Virus record (IMG/VR): IMGVR_UViG_3300021426_000006
Span: 1-64,000 of that record
Direction: 5' to 3' (one strand)
DNA length: 64,000 bases
From: a virus
Lineage: Duplodnaviria; Caudoviricetes
Part shown: one piece after another, positions 12,201-26,001 of the stretch
Position numbering within the stretch: position 1 is the first letter of the stretch
Layout: each line of letters begins with the position of its first letter
The notes under the pieces: generated by a model
Seen by the model: the letters and a program-made list of their open reading frames with translations, nothing else
Told to the model about the DNA's origin: nothing
The model's database searches: none
Program-made: the position numbers and the translations under genes

Positions 12201-15200
12201 CTAAACACTTTGATATGCAATTGTATCTTGCGACATTGATTCTACAACGTTAGATGCTGACGGATATAAATCCTTATATACATCTTCCCACAAAACAGTA
12301 TCTGCATCAATAGGTCTCCATTTTGTATCGTATGAGTTTTTGTCCATCAATAAAGTAATATAGCCGGAGAATAATTTATTTATAAATGCTTTGTGTAAAG
12401 TATCTAAAAATAAATCCTATTTTCCAGGCTCTATATTATCTAAAAACGTAAACATTTGGTCTTCGTTGTTTACAGTTTCTGGGTTAATATAAAGTCTCGA
12501 TAAGAACAGTTTGTCAATATCAAAATCTGAGCCGGTAAGCTTTGTAAAATCTTTTGGTAAAATTATGCTATCCCTTATTATTGGAACAACGTCTACAAAT
12601 TTAAGAGGGTTTATAGAGGATTGGGCCTATGTAGGAATACGATAGCTTATTGTATACGTTTTTGCGTTTTCTCCAACTAATTTGTGAGCAATAAGCCAAT
12701 CTCTACTTTCTTCAAACGTTTTGTTTTCGTAATCAGGTATTATATCTTTAAAGAAGTCTATAGATATAACGGCATCCATACTTCCATCTTCGTTTATAAG
12801 TTTTAGATCTTTGCCGTTATTTATAGTTTTAAACCCATCATCACCTTCCATAGCAAACACAGAACGCTGTACATATGCTGAACCAGGAGCTCTGGTATCA
12901 ATTATAGATTTTCCTATAAACGAAGAAAGAATACTATCAATCCAACCGGATTGGCTTATTGCAGATAATGGAGCGTTAAGTCTATCGTTTTCTTCGTCAT
13001 AATAAATAGCGTCAAACATGTTACTATTTGCATCTCTAGACATCATTTCGTCATGCAAAAAAGTACTCAATGCTTTTTTGTCTACCTGAGGAATCTGAGC
13101 AACTTTTTCTGAATCATCTATTACACTGTTTTCGTATATTACATTTCCGTATGCATCTTTTTTACAGAACATTCGCATAACTTGTTCAAAACCTATATCA
13201 GCAAGAACATTATAGCAATGCATTATTTCTGAATACAAGTCTCTACCTTTAATAGTTTGTCCTGTAAACGGACTAGTATAATAATCGTTCATACGCAAGT
13301 TACTAAGGGCAATCTTAATGGTTTGTGTACCGAGATTCATTGCCTCTCTTTCGTTTGGATCAGTATTTAACTGTTTGCGCAAAAACCTTATCTATTGTAT
13401 ATAAGTATGGCCGTCATACCGCTGATCTCCTAAGAACTGTTCTATTTTTATAGAACCTTGGCTTCCGGTCTTAACTGCAGATGTCATCATCATAACGTCC
13501 ACATTATTATTGCGCATTGCTTGTAATATTTTACCCATCTTTCCGTAAGAAATTTGTTCAAATATTGGGAACAATGCTGTCTTATTATAATATGGGGTCA
13601 TCAGAGTACCGCCTTGACCGTCATCAGATTTACGGAATCCTGTAGCTGTATATTTTTGAGTACCTACTATAACATCGATTATTGACTTATAAAGATCTTT
13701 ACCTTCTTTGGTCATTACATCAGCTCCGTGTTTTCCTCGAAGAACTTCAAAAGCGTATTTCATATCGTCATCCCACTTTCCTTCTTCTCGCAAAAGCCGC
13801 TCGCACATGCTATCTGTTATATAAGTAGCTCCGTCTGCAACATTGATAGGATCTTCTTCTTTTTTAGAATCTGTTTTTTTAAAATATTGCATCGCATTAG
13901 ATCTAGCCTTATTTTTTAAGACGTTTATTATATCTTTTGCGTAATTTTCAGCAGCTTCTTCAGTAAATCCTTCTTCGTCTTGATGTTTCTTCTTATAATC
14001 ATTGTAATATTTGGTAAATATTACATCTTCTGCTTTATCTCTATTTTTATACAGCTATTCTTGGAGTTCATTGCCGTAAGAATTAATATCCAATTGTGAT
14101 ACATCTGTTCCAGATAATATAGATGCAGCAGATGATACAAGTTCGTCAGTAGTAAACTACTCTATAAGAGCGTCTTTTCCTAACGTAGTACTTTCAGTAA
14201 GGTAGTCTTCTATTTCTATACATCTGTATGTACCAAGTTCCTCCATACCTTCAAGAGGATCTATGTCGTATACATTCACACCGCCGGTAGAAATATCGCC
14301 ACCTCTACGTTTAGTGTAGTCTACAGATATATCTGTAATGTGACCTCCTTTACTTTTCCATTTATAGAAAGATTTACTACCAGAAAACAATCTTTGGTAT
14401 TCCTGCATAGACATAAGGTGCTTGATAGTACAATCTAGCACATATTCCTGAATTGCGGAAGATATAGAAAATGTTTTTATAGGACCATAATGCTTTTCGT
14501 TCGTACTATTATCTACATAATCTTTTAATTTAGCATTTTGCCCAAATGCAGCACGCGCTCTTCTTTGAGCCATATCCAAGATTTCTATTCCATCTAAACC
14601 TACGTTTTCATAAAAACCTTCTGCATTTTTCTTTATTAATCCGACCTTTTCGATTTCTTTTATATCTTCAGCAAATCTATCTAAAAGAATCTTTTGCATT
14701 ATACGCCTCTGATCAAATAAACTAAGGCTGAAGAAATTTCTGTCTGCACTATTAAGATTGTCTCTAGGATTTTCAGTATCTTTGTTCAGATATATTTTAT
14801 CACCGTTCGCAAGTGGTAAGCAACAAAAAGACGAGAACTTCATTCCATTTTCATCTGAATAATTTTTAATCTTTTTTCCAGGATATTTTTTATAGAAATC
14901 TGTTTCGTATGCTATTATTGCTTTTTCTACAGCATCTCTTTCTGATTTAAAATATGCAATAAATCTATCGAGAATTTGTGAATCGAGTATTGTTATTTCT
15001 CCTGTTCTTGGGTCTACTTTATAACAATCGGTATTTGATCTCTTGCCGGTAAGCATACCTACCAAAGGAATACCTTTAAGTACATGGTACGTCTTTTTAT
15101 CAGAAACTGTTGGAGACAACATATATCCTTCATGAAGAAGTTCGAGTTTAGATATTATATCCTCGTTTAATTCTATTTCGAAGTAATCTCTACCTTGGTC

Positions 15201-18200
15201 GCCAATGTTTGAGGTTTTCATACCAACAAACGTAAACACGTCAAGCTTTGCATCTTTTCTAACAGTTCGTTTACCAGTATTCTGGTCGGTTTCCAACAAA
15301 ACAGAACCAGACGCAAACGAATCTTCTTCAAGCATCTGAATGTATGCGTCGTTTTCGTCCTTAGCATTTATTATATCTTTTACGTCGTTGATATAATTAC
15401 TTTCCGACACAATATAATACTGATTGTTGTGAGCCGCTACAGCCATCAGACCTTGAGTACGAAGATTATACTCACTTTGAAGATTTGCTAATCTCTTTAT
15501 AAAACCTGAATCGAAAGCGTGTGTTATTGTTTGTAAAGTTATGTCTTCGTTTACAGATATTTCAGATTGGTTTATATTTGAAAGTCTGGCGAAAAAATTA
15601 GATGGTCTATATTCTGAGAATTGATCCGCAAGCATTGTGTACAACGCATCCATTTTGTTCGACACAGTTGGGTTGTCTTCCATTATCTGGTTTAACCACA
15701 TATCTATCACTTCTTGCCGTACATCTACGCCGCATTCAAGTAGAGCATTATGCAAATAAGTTTCGACATCTTCTGCGTCGATTTCGCTAAACAGTACGCC
15801 GTCTTTTTTATCGAAATATCTCCACTTTAACAAAATGTCTTGTGGGTTTTGCTGTCTATATTGGCTATACGCATATAAGAAACTCTGTTTTCCAACAAAC
15901 AAGTCGTTGTATATTTGTTGAAATACGTTTTCTTGATTCTTCTTAAAACGATATACGTGTTCATCTCTATCATATTTCAATATACCTGTCAATCCAGTAA
16001 TAAGCTAATCTTGCCAGTTTCTTGGCATCTGTATGATGCTTTTTTGATAGATAGTTGTTTTTATGTTTATGGATTTATGAGACTATCCTTCCGTGTCTTT
16101 TTTGTTTTCTACAACAGCCCATACGTGATTGTTTTGCTGCTGTCTTAACGAACGTATTATTTTAATTATAGCAGAATCTATGTTTGCATCAAAAAACTAG
16201 CCATCTTCTCTCTATGTAGGATTACTCTTATTGCCTTCTTCGTGTACAGGTTTCCATCTATTTGCGATCATATTGCTTAAAGAATCGTAGAGATATTTAA
16301 ACATGGCTTTATCCGGTCCAGTATGCGCCAACCTATAGAATTTATCAAGAACATCTTTTGTAGATTTGCAGTTTGCAGTATAATACAAAACTTTTCCGTA
16401 TACATCTTTGAATGGCATGAAAGTACTCATACCAAATTCATTATGATCCGTTGTTTCTCTCCACTTAAGATTTTCTCCTTCCATATATACTTCTCCGTAT
16501 GGAACCGTACTAAACATCCATTTCACCTCTCTAGAAGCTTTATCGAATGGGCTTATCTCAAATGATTCTTGTAGTAATTCTCCAAACGGATTTGTTCCAT
16601 CTTCTCTACCGCTTATTTCTTCGTCCTCCTTGCGTTCTTCAATCTTCTTCCTGGTCTCTATTCTCATATCGGATATAAATTCATCCATTATTTGAGTCAT
16701 CGCGTCCCAATTTGGAAGATCTAATGTAACAAAAGTTTTTGGAACTTTATACGTTTTTGTAACAACGGTACCATCTTTAAGCCGTACTTGTTTTTTAACT
16801 TTTACTTTCTTTTCGTATAAAATATAACCTTCTGGGTTATCCTCAGTCTTTAGTTTTTCGTCAGTAGGTCTTGTTATTTTAGTAAGTTCTCTTATAAGAG
16901 GACTGTCAGAATACGAAAACGTTCTTTGGAACCATTGTAGGAAATCAGTATCTCTTTCGAGTCTTATGCGAATAGCTTTAGCGGAAAAGTTTACCTTGTC
17001 AATATTCTTTCCGAGTGGTGTAATATTATCGTGACGTATCCATGCCGTCATAATTCCATCTACAGCAGCTCTAAGTTGCGCTCTAGATTTTAAATTTTGT
17101 AAAGTGAACTTTTGGTTCGTAGCATGATTCTTAACAGTATATTCGTCATTTTCTTCTGTTATAGTATCTACAGTTGGATTTTCGAACAACTCACGCATTG
17201 TACCGTATATCTGTTCATAGAACGAAGGTTGTTCGTGCAAAATATACTTTTGCCACATTCTACTGATAAACGCAACAACAGAATCGTATACAGTTCTTAT
17301 CTTACTGGTTTGTTTAGGAATCAAATTGTTAGATAAATTTGCTATTTGCTTTGGCGCAAGCTCTTTTTGTTTTAACAATTCCTAAAATTCTTCGTTTGTA
17401 AAGAATTCAGCAACAAACTCTTTAAAGTTTCTAAAACCGTAAGCCTACTTCTACTCGGCTGTAAAAGTGTCTATACAATATGAATAAAAAACTTTTGAAG
17501 CTTTTGCAAAAGCTGTATTGTTTTTTATAGAACCTAGAGTAAATATGTGTACAACCTCGTGAGCTAACGTCTTTATTGGGTGTTTTGCAGATTTGAATAT
17601 GATTATAGTCCACGAACCATCTTCGTTTTGTTTTACAGAACCTTGTTTTTGACGTTCAATTCCGTTTATTATAGCAGTTTCGCCATCTTCTTTAGACAGT
17701 TTTACTTTAATATCAAGTTTACCAAACTTAGGTAATGTTCTTTTTATAAGTTTAAATAAACTTGGATATTTCTTTGCAATAGCTTTAAATACGTCGTCGG
17801 TAGACTTTATGTTTTTTATTACCGACAGATCACTATTTGGTGAGACAATTGGTGACGCATAACTATATTCGTCTTCCTCCTCCTCATCTTCATCGGTAAC
17901 CTCTTCCCATCCTAAGCCTAAAGCTTCTTCTTCAGTAATTACATCATTACTAGCTTCTGTATCTTGAGTCTTTTGCTATATTTCTTGCTGTACTGCTTGC
18001 TGTATTTCTTTTTGTTCTTCTTCAACCTTTTCTTCAACAGTTCCTTGTAGCTTTATATTGTGTATAGAAAGTGTCGTTTTGCTTTTAACAAAATATCTTG
18101 TACCCAAAAAGCCGTTTTTAACAAGCCATTGACACAATGTGTCGTTGTTAAACTGTTCCTTTGTTATAACAAATCCAGAGTCAGAATTATTTATTTTTAC

Positions 18201-21200
18201 TTTAAAATCGTCATTGGAATTAGAAAAATGATCGTATAGCACAGATAACGTTGTTTTGCTCAAATCCTTAAATTTAACGTTAAATGTGTCCCAACTCGGC
18301 ATTATTTCACAATCCTATAATTCTTTTACAAACTGTTCAAACTGTTGATTGTCAAACAATATAAATTCTTTTCCATTTACTCTAACGGCGTCACCATTTA
18401 TATACACAACGTTTGGCAACTCTTGTTTGTCCGAGTTGTGTACTAAACGTTTTCCTATAAATAAATGAAGAAGTTGGTTAGCAATTGTTCTATTTTTTTG
18501 AGATTCTTCAGTTGCCTGATGATTTGTCATTGCCATTACACGATAACAGTTTGCAATGAAATACGCCAGCTGTTTGTTGAATTTTGATCTGGTCAAAGGT
18601 ATTGTAGATACTGTTTCTTGATGTTTAGAGTTTTCTAAATGCTTTTGTTTTACAACCAAGAACAATTTATTCTACCACGATTCTTCTGACTCTGTCTGTC
18701 CAAGTATAGCTGAAGCTTCTTTCAAACCGGTTTGTATTACACCTGTTTTTTGATCGTAAAAGCCGATGTCTACAATTTTACCGTCATCTTGTTTATTCCC
18801 CAAGTTATCTATATCTTTTGAAGATATAATACTTTCGCTATCGTTAAGACCAGTAGGCTTACTTCCTGAAGGTTTTTCGTCGTATACAGTAAACGTCCTG
18901 TTTACATCAAACGTAATTGTTATTTCAGGATTTTCTTCTAAAAGTTTCAGGATTTTCTTCCATTTTTCTGTATACAGCGGATGTGTAGACTACTCATTAT
19001 CTGTATGATTTTTTCTTCCGTATTTTCTATTTTTGTTTTTGTGCAATACTATATTATAAGTCTTGCCTTTATAATCTACCTAATATCTTATATACGCAAC
19101 TCCTTCTGCATTATGCTGCAACGTGGCTTTAAATACACCATTGGTAATAAGATCTTTTTTATCAATAATATCAGATCCATCTACAACATCGATTTCTATA
19201 CCAACCGTTTTACTTTCATCAGGCAAAGCATTTATTTCGTCTATGCGTTTTGCTATTTCTCCCTTTTTACCAGCCTTTGATTCTTCTTCAGACGCTACTT
19301 CTATTTGATGCAACTCTTTTGATATATGCTCGTCGTAGTATTTTTTAGCATTTTGTATCGTTTCGAGAGCTTTATCGAGTTGTGCATATGCTTCTGCTAT
19401 ACTAGAAGGTTCTTTTTCTACAACGGCATCGTCAAATTTACGCAATCTATATCCACTAGTTTTATGCTGTTGTCTATATTTTAATACGGTAGTTATAGCA
19501 TCGTTTACCCTGTTTATCTCACTTTTTACCTTCTCGTTAGCTCTGACGATCAATTCTTTTAACTCCAAAAGCTGATCTTCTTGGTCTGCATATTTTGTTA
19601 TAGAATCGTCGTTTGGAATTAGAGGTATTTTTTTGCCTATATACAATCTATGAACGCTTGTGTATCCGTCTACAACTACTGGCAACAGACATGTAGAAGA
19701 TATTTGAATTTTTCTGCTATCCAATATACCTTTAACCTAAATATCTGCAATAACACTTCGTTCTTGATGCTGAGAAAAAATAGCTTTTGTATTTCCTAAA
19801 GATAGCATATACTGTTCAGCAGTCTGTTGCTGCTTTAAATACATATTATTCGCTATCGTATATATATTTATTATGTGAGCATTTCCCTCTCTGTCGACAG
19901 CTATAAAATCTGGATCCGAAACAACCTCCTGTCCATTTATTTTTGTTACGGATGGAGTAACATTTGTCACAAACTTATACCCGTACACATTTTGCATATT
20001 GCGTTTATATAAAACAACTTGTCTGCAAAAGTTTTTAAATGTATCGCGATCTATATAGTCAGGACGTTGAACAGGATTGTTATTTAGTATTTTTATGGCA
20101 GCGTCTCTAAAGAATTCGTTTGTATAGTAACTTTCCCATGCACGAGGATTACTCTTCAATATTAACAGTTTGATTGCATTTTGATCATTGTTTAATATAG
20201 CTTTGTATATTGAATCTATTATAAACAAATCAGCGCTTTTCATTATACTTCCAATATACACTTTCAGATTAGTATCATCTTTGGTTTTTAAAAATCTGTG
20301 TATATTAAATCTTATTTGAGCTGCAGTAAGTCTATATTTTTCCGCAAGAGTAGCACCGCCTTTCTTAGACGTTTCTACTGGATTAGCAATATACGTTCTG
20401 CCAGACGGAATAATCCTTCCATCCTTAGTGACATAAAACCCATCAGTTAAATATGTTGGAGCATTACTATCTTGTTCTGTTAATTTTGATATAGTTTCCT
20501 ACTAAAGATCTTTATCTTCTGTAACAGAACCCTGGTCTTGATCTTCGATTATAACCTAACTTTTTTGATCTTCTGGTATAGCTACAGATTCAGGCTGTTC
20601 TGGCAGCGGTGTTTCATCTTGAAGTTGTTGGTTATCTTCTGTTGGAGCATCTTGCTATTGTTCCTCCTGTTCGGTAGGAATAGCAGAACTTTCTACAGCT
20701 TCTCCCTATACTTGAGAAGCTGATCCTTCTACATTACTTTCTTGTTCAGTTACTTCTGGTTCTGTATCCAATGTACGTTCTTCCGTAACTTCTTCTTTTT
20801 GTTGCTCGTCTTCTGCAGTAGCTTCTTCTGTAGTCTATTCTGCAGTATCTTCTATTATAGTAGTCTCTTCCGGTTCGATTATAAATGGTTCTTCTATCTC
20901 ATCTTCATCATCTACCATAATAGTACTATTTCTAACTTTATCTTTTATTTTATCAAACAACGAAGAAAGTTTGCTACTTATTCTTGAAAAAATAGAAGGA
21001 GTTTCTTCAATTTCTGTTTCTTCAGAAACATCTGCTTCTGTTTCTTGCGTATCCTATTCTCTTATCTATTCCAACTCGGCAGAATCTACAGAACCAGTTT
21101 CAATTTCATTGTCTTCAGGTCTTATATTTTCTTCTTCACTCTCAATATTGTAATCGATTATCTCCTACAACGCTCTATTTTTTTGTACATTTTGTATAAA

Positions 21201-24167
21201 CTGTTTTACAATATTATGAGAATTGCGTCGGACCTCTTCTAGTTTTGGATTTACATCAGTACTTATACCTATATGCTTTATTATATTGGTGTATAAGTTT
21301 TGATTGAGCATACGCAATGCAGAATTTCTATAAATATCCGCAAGTTTCATACCAGAATTTTGATCCAACAAATAACCTTTTAAGTGTTCGATCTATTGGC
21401 TATAGGTAGTATTTACAGAATCAAACTGCTCACCCGAGTATAATTCTATATCGTTTTTTAAGATATTATATTTGTCTTTCAATAAAGAAATAGATCTATC
21501 TAACTGATTAGACGAAAACGCAAGACCTTTATTTTTTGCATACTCGCGTATAGTTTGTATATCCTGCAAATCATTTAAGAGACTTGCGATCGATATAGCC
21601 TCTGCTACGTTTTGATGCAATTTTAACAATCTTTCTCTATTGCTTATAGTACGCTCTACTACGGTACCATCTTCTTGGCGTTGTTTAAACGTAAAACTAT
21701 TATCATTAAGGGCGTCAAAGTCTTCTGCAGACATCTACTCTTCACCAGCTATCCTGTTTAACGCTTCCATTAAATCAGGATCGTTCATAAGTCTTATTTT
21801 CTCAGCAATATCTTGATTTTCTTCCCGTCTGTTTTCATAGCTGAGTCTTTGATAATAATCATCGATAGCGATTGCGTAATTTGCTTCATCTGATCCAAGT
21901 TCATATCCTAAAGATTCCAATCGCTCTCTAGTAGTCTTGTGGTTCACGCGTGACATTATTCTGTTCGCTTGTCTACTAAGTTCATCAAAATCTTCATCAG
22001 AATACGGAGTGTTTTCTCTGTTTTTATTTTTTTGTTTAGCTCTGTCGATAGCTTCTAAAATTACATCGCTGTTTTTATCAAAACCGTATTTTGCAAAAGC
22101 TGCACCTTTTAATATAGCATCTTGTGATTCTAATCTGTTTGCGACGGCGGAATTAAGAACCTGTTCACGCAAATATCTAGAAGCGTCATATGCTTTTTTT
22201 ACACCTATAGATTCCTGCAAAGAAACTGTAGCGCCAGTCATAAGACCTCCCAAAATCAATCCGCCTTTCCAGTTAGACCAAAATTCACTATCGTTTTGAT
22301 AAGGTGAATCTGCCAAACCAATTTGGCTAAGAACCGCTTTAAATACCTATCCACGTTTTTTTAAATCGTTGACAAACAGGTTCTTCATGTTTCGAAGATT
22401 TATGTCGTCGTCTGCCTGATTTATAATTTTTTCTGCGTCGATTGAATTTAAATATTGAGTACCTTCTTCTGCAGCTTCTGCTAGCGCCGTAACTCCAAAC
22501 GCAGATGCAGCGTGCATAGCTTTGTCGAACATTATTTGATGTTCTAGTTTTGGTAATATGTTGTCTTCTATAGCCTAAACTTTCCGCATAGTGCCATTCC
22601 ACAACCTTCGAGCAAATCTGTTTTGCGATATAATACCACCGGTTATTCCTCCTAAAACTTCTCCTTCAACACCGAATCCAAGAAAATTACCAGTAGCACC
22701 TCCAATTGCCGCACCGGCGATAGCTCTTCCCAAGACTTTACTCTTTTTACCAATGGCTCCGTATGGAGTAACCATCAATACAGATTCCAAAATATCGCCG
22801 CCTGCGGTGGCAACCATATCTCTTTCAAACTGTGTGTCTGCGCCAAGATCACCAAGTTGTCTTGCAGATTTATAATAATCGTACCCGTTTTCAAGTTTTC
22901 TTGGATCTAGTCCACCAATACCGCCTTGGAACATAGTGAAGGCAAGTTCATCATCTATGAGTTTAGTCGCATCGTCTGCATCCAAACCGTATAAATTTAT
23001 AGCAGTGCTTCTTGCTTTAGAAAGCATTTCATCTCTAAGATCTTTATTTTTCTTTATACTTTCCAAAGCCTTTTTTGTAGACGTATCTGATGCTTCTGCA
23101 TGATTTTCTTGCAACGACTGTTGCCATCCATTTCTAAGTGCTTCTAAAAACGATAATGCTCTAACGCTATTTCTAAGTACAGTGTTTGGAATTTTTCTAG
23201 CAACTTTTTCAATACCTACAGAAGTAACCATCTATTGGCCCATGTCTTTTGAATCAGAAAAAGAACTACCTATTATACCTGGAAGATTATAATAAGCGTA
23301 ATTTCCGTTACCAGATTGTTCTACCATTCTGTAATAATCACTAACAGGGTATTCGGTTTGCCACCACAAAAGGTCTTCTTGTTCTTCTTCTATCTGTTTT
23401 GCTCTAAAGTTTTTATAACTCTGTCTAGATATAATAGCGTTTTTATAGTTTTCAAATCTGTTTTCACTTTCTGGGGCAGTATAAGAAGATCTATCTATTT
23501 CATCTCTTCCTTTTGAGAATAGATCGTAGATACCGTAACCAAACCCACCGATAGCTCCCAATACAGCACCGATCACACCACCTGCTGCACCACCTGCTGG
23601 ACCGCCAACTATAGAACCTGTTGCACCGCCAGCTATAGATCCAGCTCCAGCTCCTGTTGTCGTATTGTCTATAACTTCTCCTATAGCTTCCATTATAGGA
23701 TTATGCCCAGCGAGATTTATAAGGCTTTTATCGTTTTTTACTAATTTGTTAGCCTTATCTACAATATCAGCTTTTTTAAGGTATTCGTTGCGAGCATTGT
23801 TTAAAAGTTTAGAATAATGTGAAGCGAGAGAAGAATTACCGTCGTAAAGATTCTTCTTATATTCTTCTTCGTATGTATCGATTAGCTCAGATAAATTAGA
23901 TAAATCAGAATCGGTTATTTCGGAAGCAGCCTATAATATTTCTATTTCTTTTTCATCGTTTCTATTATCATCGTTCAAACTGCTTATCGACGTTTTGTGT
24001 TTAGCAGTCATTAAACTAGAAAACGAATCCCACCAATTCTCAGACCCCCAGTAAGTACGTTCCCTACTGGGGGCATAAGAATATCCATAAAGCCTATCAT
24101 TGAAGTTTATATCGTTTGGTGCGGAATTCTAATATAAAGACAATCTTGTATTAAAATCGTTGTTCAT
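6234..24167 (-). CDS. Giant virion-packaged two-barrel RNA polymerase polyprotein (~5977 aa, TAG=Gln)
   Basis: More than 20 fragments from 6606 to 23693 lie in the same frame. ATG at 24167, TAA at 6234. Catalytic LTGSDFDIDKL (DFDID 12513-12527) is preceded by YRIPT*AQSS, DGATYIT, SAVKTG and LRKQL motifs typical of crAss-like RNAPs. HEVVH at 17547-17561, HELLH at 7818-7832. Confidence 0.88.
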
Positions 24168-24174
24168 GTTTTAT

Positions 24175-26001
24175 TTATTTGTTATAACCTTGCACTACGC
24201 TTTGGGGATTTCCGATCACATTAGAGTTAGAGAAAGAGTGCATATATCTATCATCAATCGCTTCTGTTATAGAAGACACAGTTCTGCTAAACCCGCCATT
24301 CGGATCTCTTTCTATTTTAACCCAACAACATTCATCACGGTCTTCTGGATCATTTGATACTTCTATATAATAATTCCTGTTGCCGGAAAGTACTCTACCG
24401 GTAGGCCAAACTTCTTTTTCACCACTATTAAATATATTAGTATCGTCGGTTTCATTTCGTATATCCCAAGCTCCAGCAGTCCAAGATACGTTATATTGTT
24501 CAAGATCTCCGTTTCCACTAAATCTTTTTATCGCTGATTCTATAGATTTGTGATTTTTTCCATCAGAAAGTCCTCTTGCAAGTACATCTTTCATTACTGT
24601 ACCTACTCCACACATACGGTCTTTGCTTGCGTAAATACCTCCATCGCTACCTTCAGCACCTTGGAAATCTTTTAATATATCCCTCAGCACTGTCATATTT
24701 CCGATAGAAGAAAGGTCTCGTAATATGTTATTTATTTCTTCAGGAGTATCTGTAAAATATGTGCCCCCCGATTTTATTTTATTTACAACATCGGCAACAC
24801 CTTCTATTCCAGCTATTTCTCGTTTCTTACCAAGATTGTCATATTGTGACGCCCAATATTTAACATCTTCTTTAGTATATTTGGATGGGTTTTTAGAAAT
24901 GTCTTTTAACTTATTTGTTATAAACGTTTCCTCATTCCTTAATTTTGTATCCGAATTCTAAGATATATAATTTGAAAGAAGACCTCTCAATGAACCTTCT
25001 GAATCAACCGAAATATTAGTAGTAGCGCTGTATCTGCCGTTTCCTGTATTTCCTGCGTTTTTAACTCTAGCCTCGTCCAAAGCATTCCTATGTCGTAAAT
25101 TTTCTAACGCAACTCTTTGTCTATGTTCGTAATCCATTTTGGCATATTCGTCAATACTTTTAATAGGATCAACAAGCGCCCACGCGTTAGCGTCTGCAAT
25201 ATCTCTTTGAAACTGAGCTTCTACAGCTTCATCAGTAGGTACTTTACCAGAATTTACAACTTTCTACCTAGCTTGATCTCTGAAAAATTCTGCACGGGGG
25301 TCTCCGACTAAAGACGCACTTGCGCCAGGTGCAACTTTCATAAGGTCTGAATCGAGATAACCAGTATATTTATACCTCGGATCCATTTTATAATTTAATA
25401 ATCTCGGGTCGTTTTTAAAATCTTCTGCTGTGAGATCTCTCGGTGTTCTATGTTCGTAACTCTTATAAGTAAGATCTCTAAGAGTTGTTGCTGCTATTGG
25501 TGACGTTCTATCCCAAGTATTAATTACTCCAGTATTAGGATCAACTGTTTGAAAATCTTTAAAATTCACGCCATGATTTCTAGCTATATCAAACAATTCT
25601 TGAGCCTCGCTATATTTCCCAGATGACATTAATTTGTTCATAGCATCCAAATAAACATATCCCGTTTTAGCGTTTGCGCGCATTGCGTTGTATGTTGACG
25701 GATCTACACTATCTGTCAGTTTTCTTAATTCTATTCTGCCTTCAGCGCTCCTCAATGGATCTATACCGTTTGCATATAATTGGTTTATTTTATCTTTTAT
25801 ACCACCAATCATACTATTATATCTATCCATGTCTTTACTAAACGGACTCATAAAGTCTCCATATTCCTTCTTAAAGTCCTTATAGTCCTGTCTAGCCTAA
25901 TCATAATCTTCCTTCGCCACCTATATTGCTCTAAGCATCAGATTAGAATCGTATAAGTCTAATATTGGAAGTGGCGACCTTTCATCAAATGGTGTAATCA
26001 T
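24175..26001 (-). CDS. Virion cargo protein (~608 aa, TAG=Gln)
   Basis: Fragments at 24175 and 25264 are in one frame. ATG at 26001 overlaps the upstream TGA (ATGA). TAA at 24175. Lies between muzzle and RNAP, as crAss cargo genes do. Confidence 0.75.

Noticed and set aside
17431-17613. Alternative-frame minus-strand ORFs (17431-17613, 22339-22602, 41780-42034, 46122-46304, 53069-53299, 58631-58828, 62712-62954)
   Set aside because: They are nested out of frame in well-supported genes and have no independent evidence.
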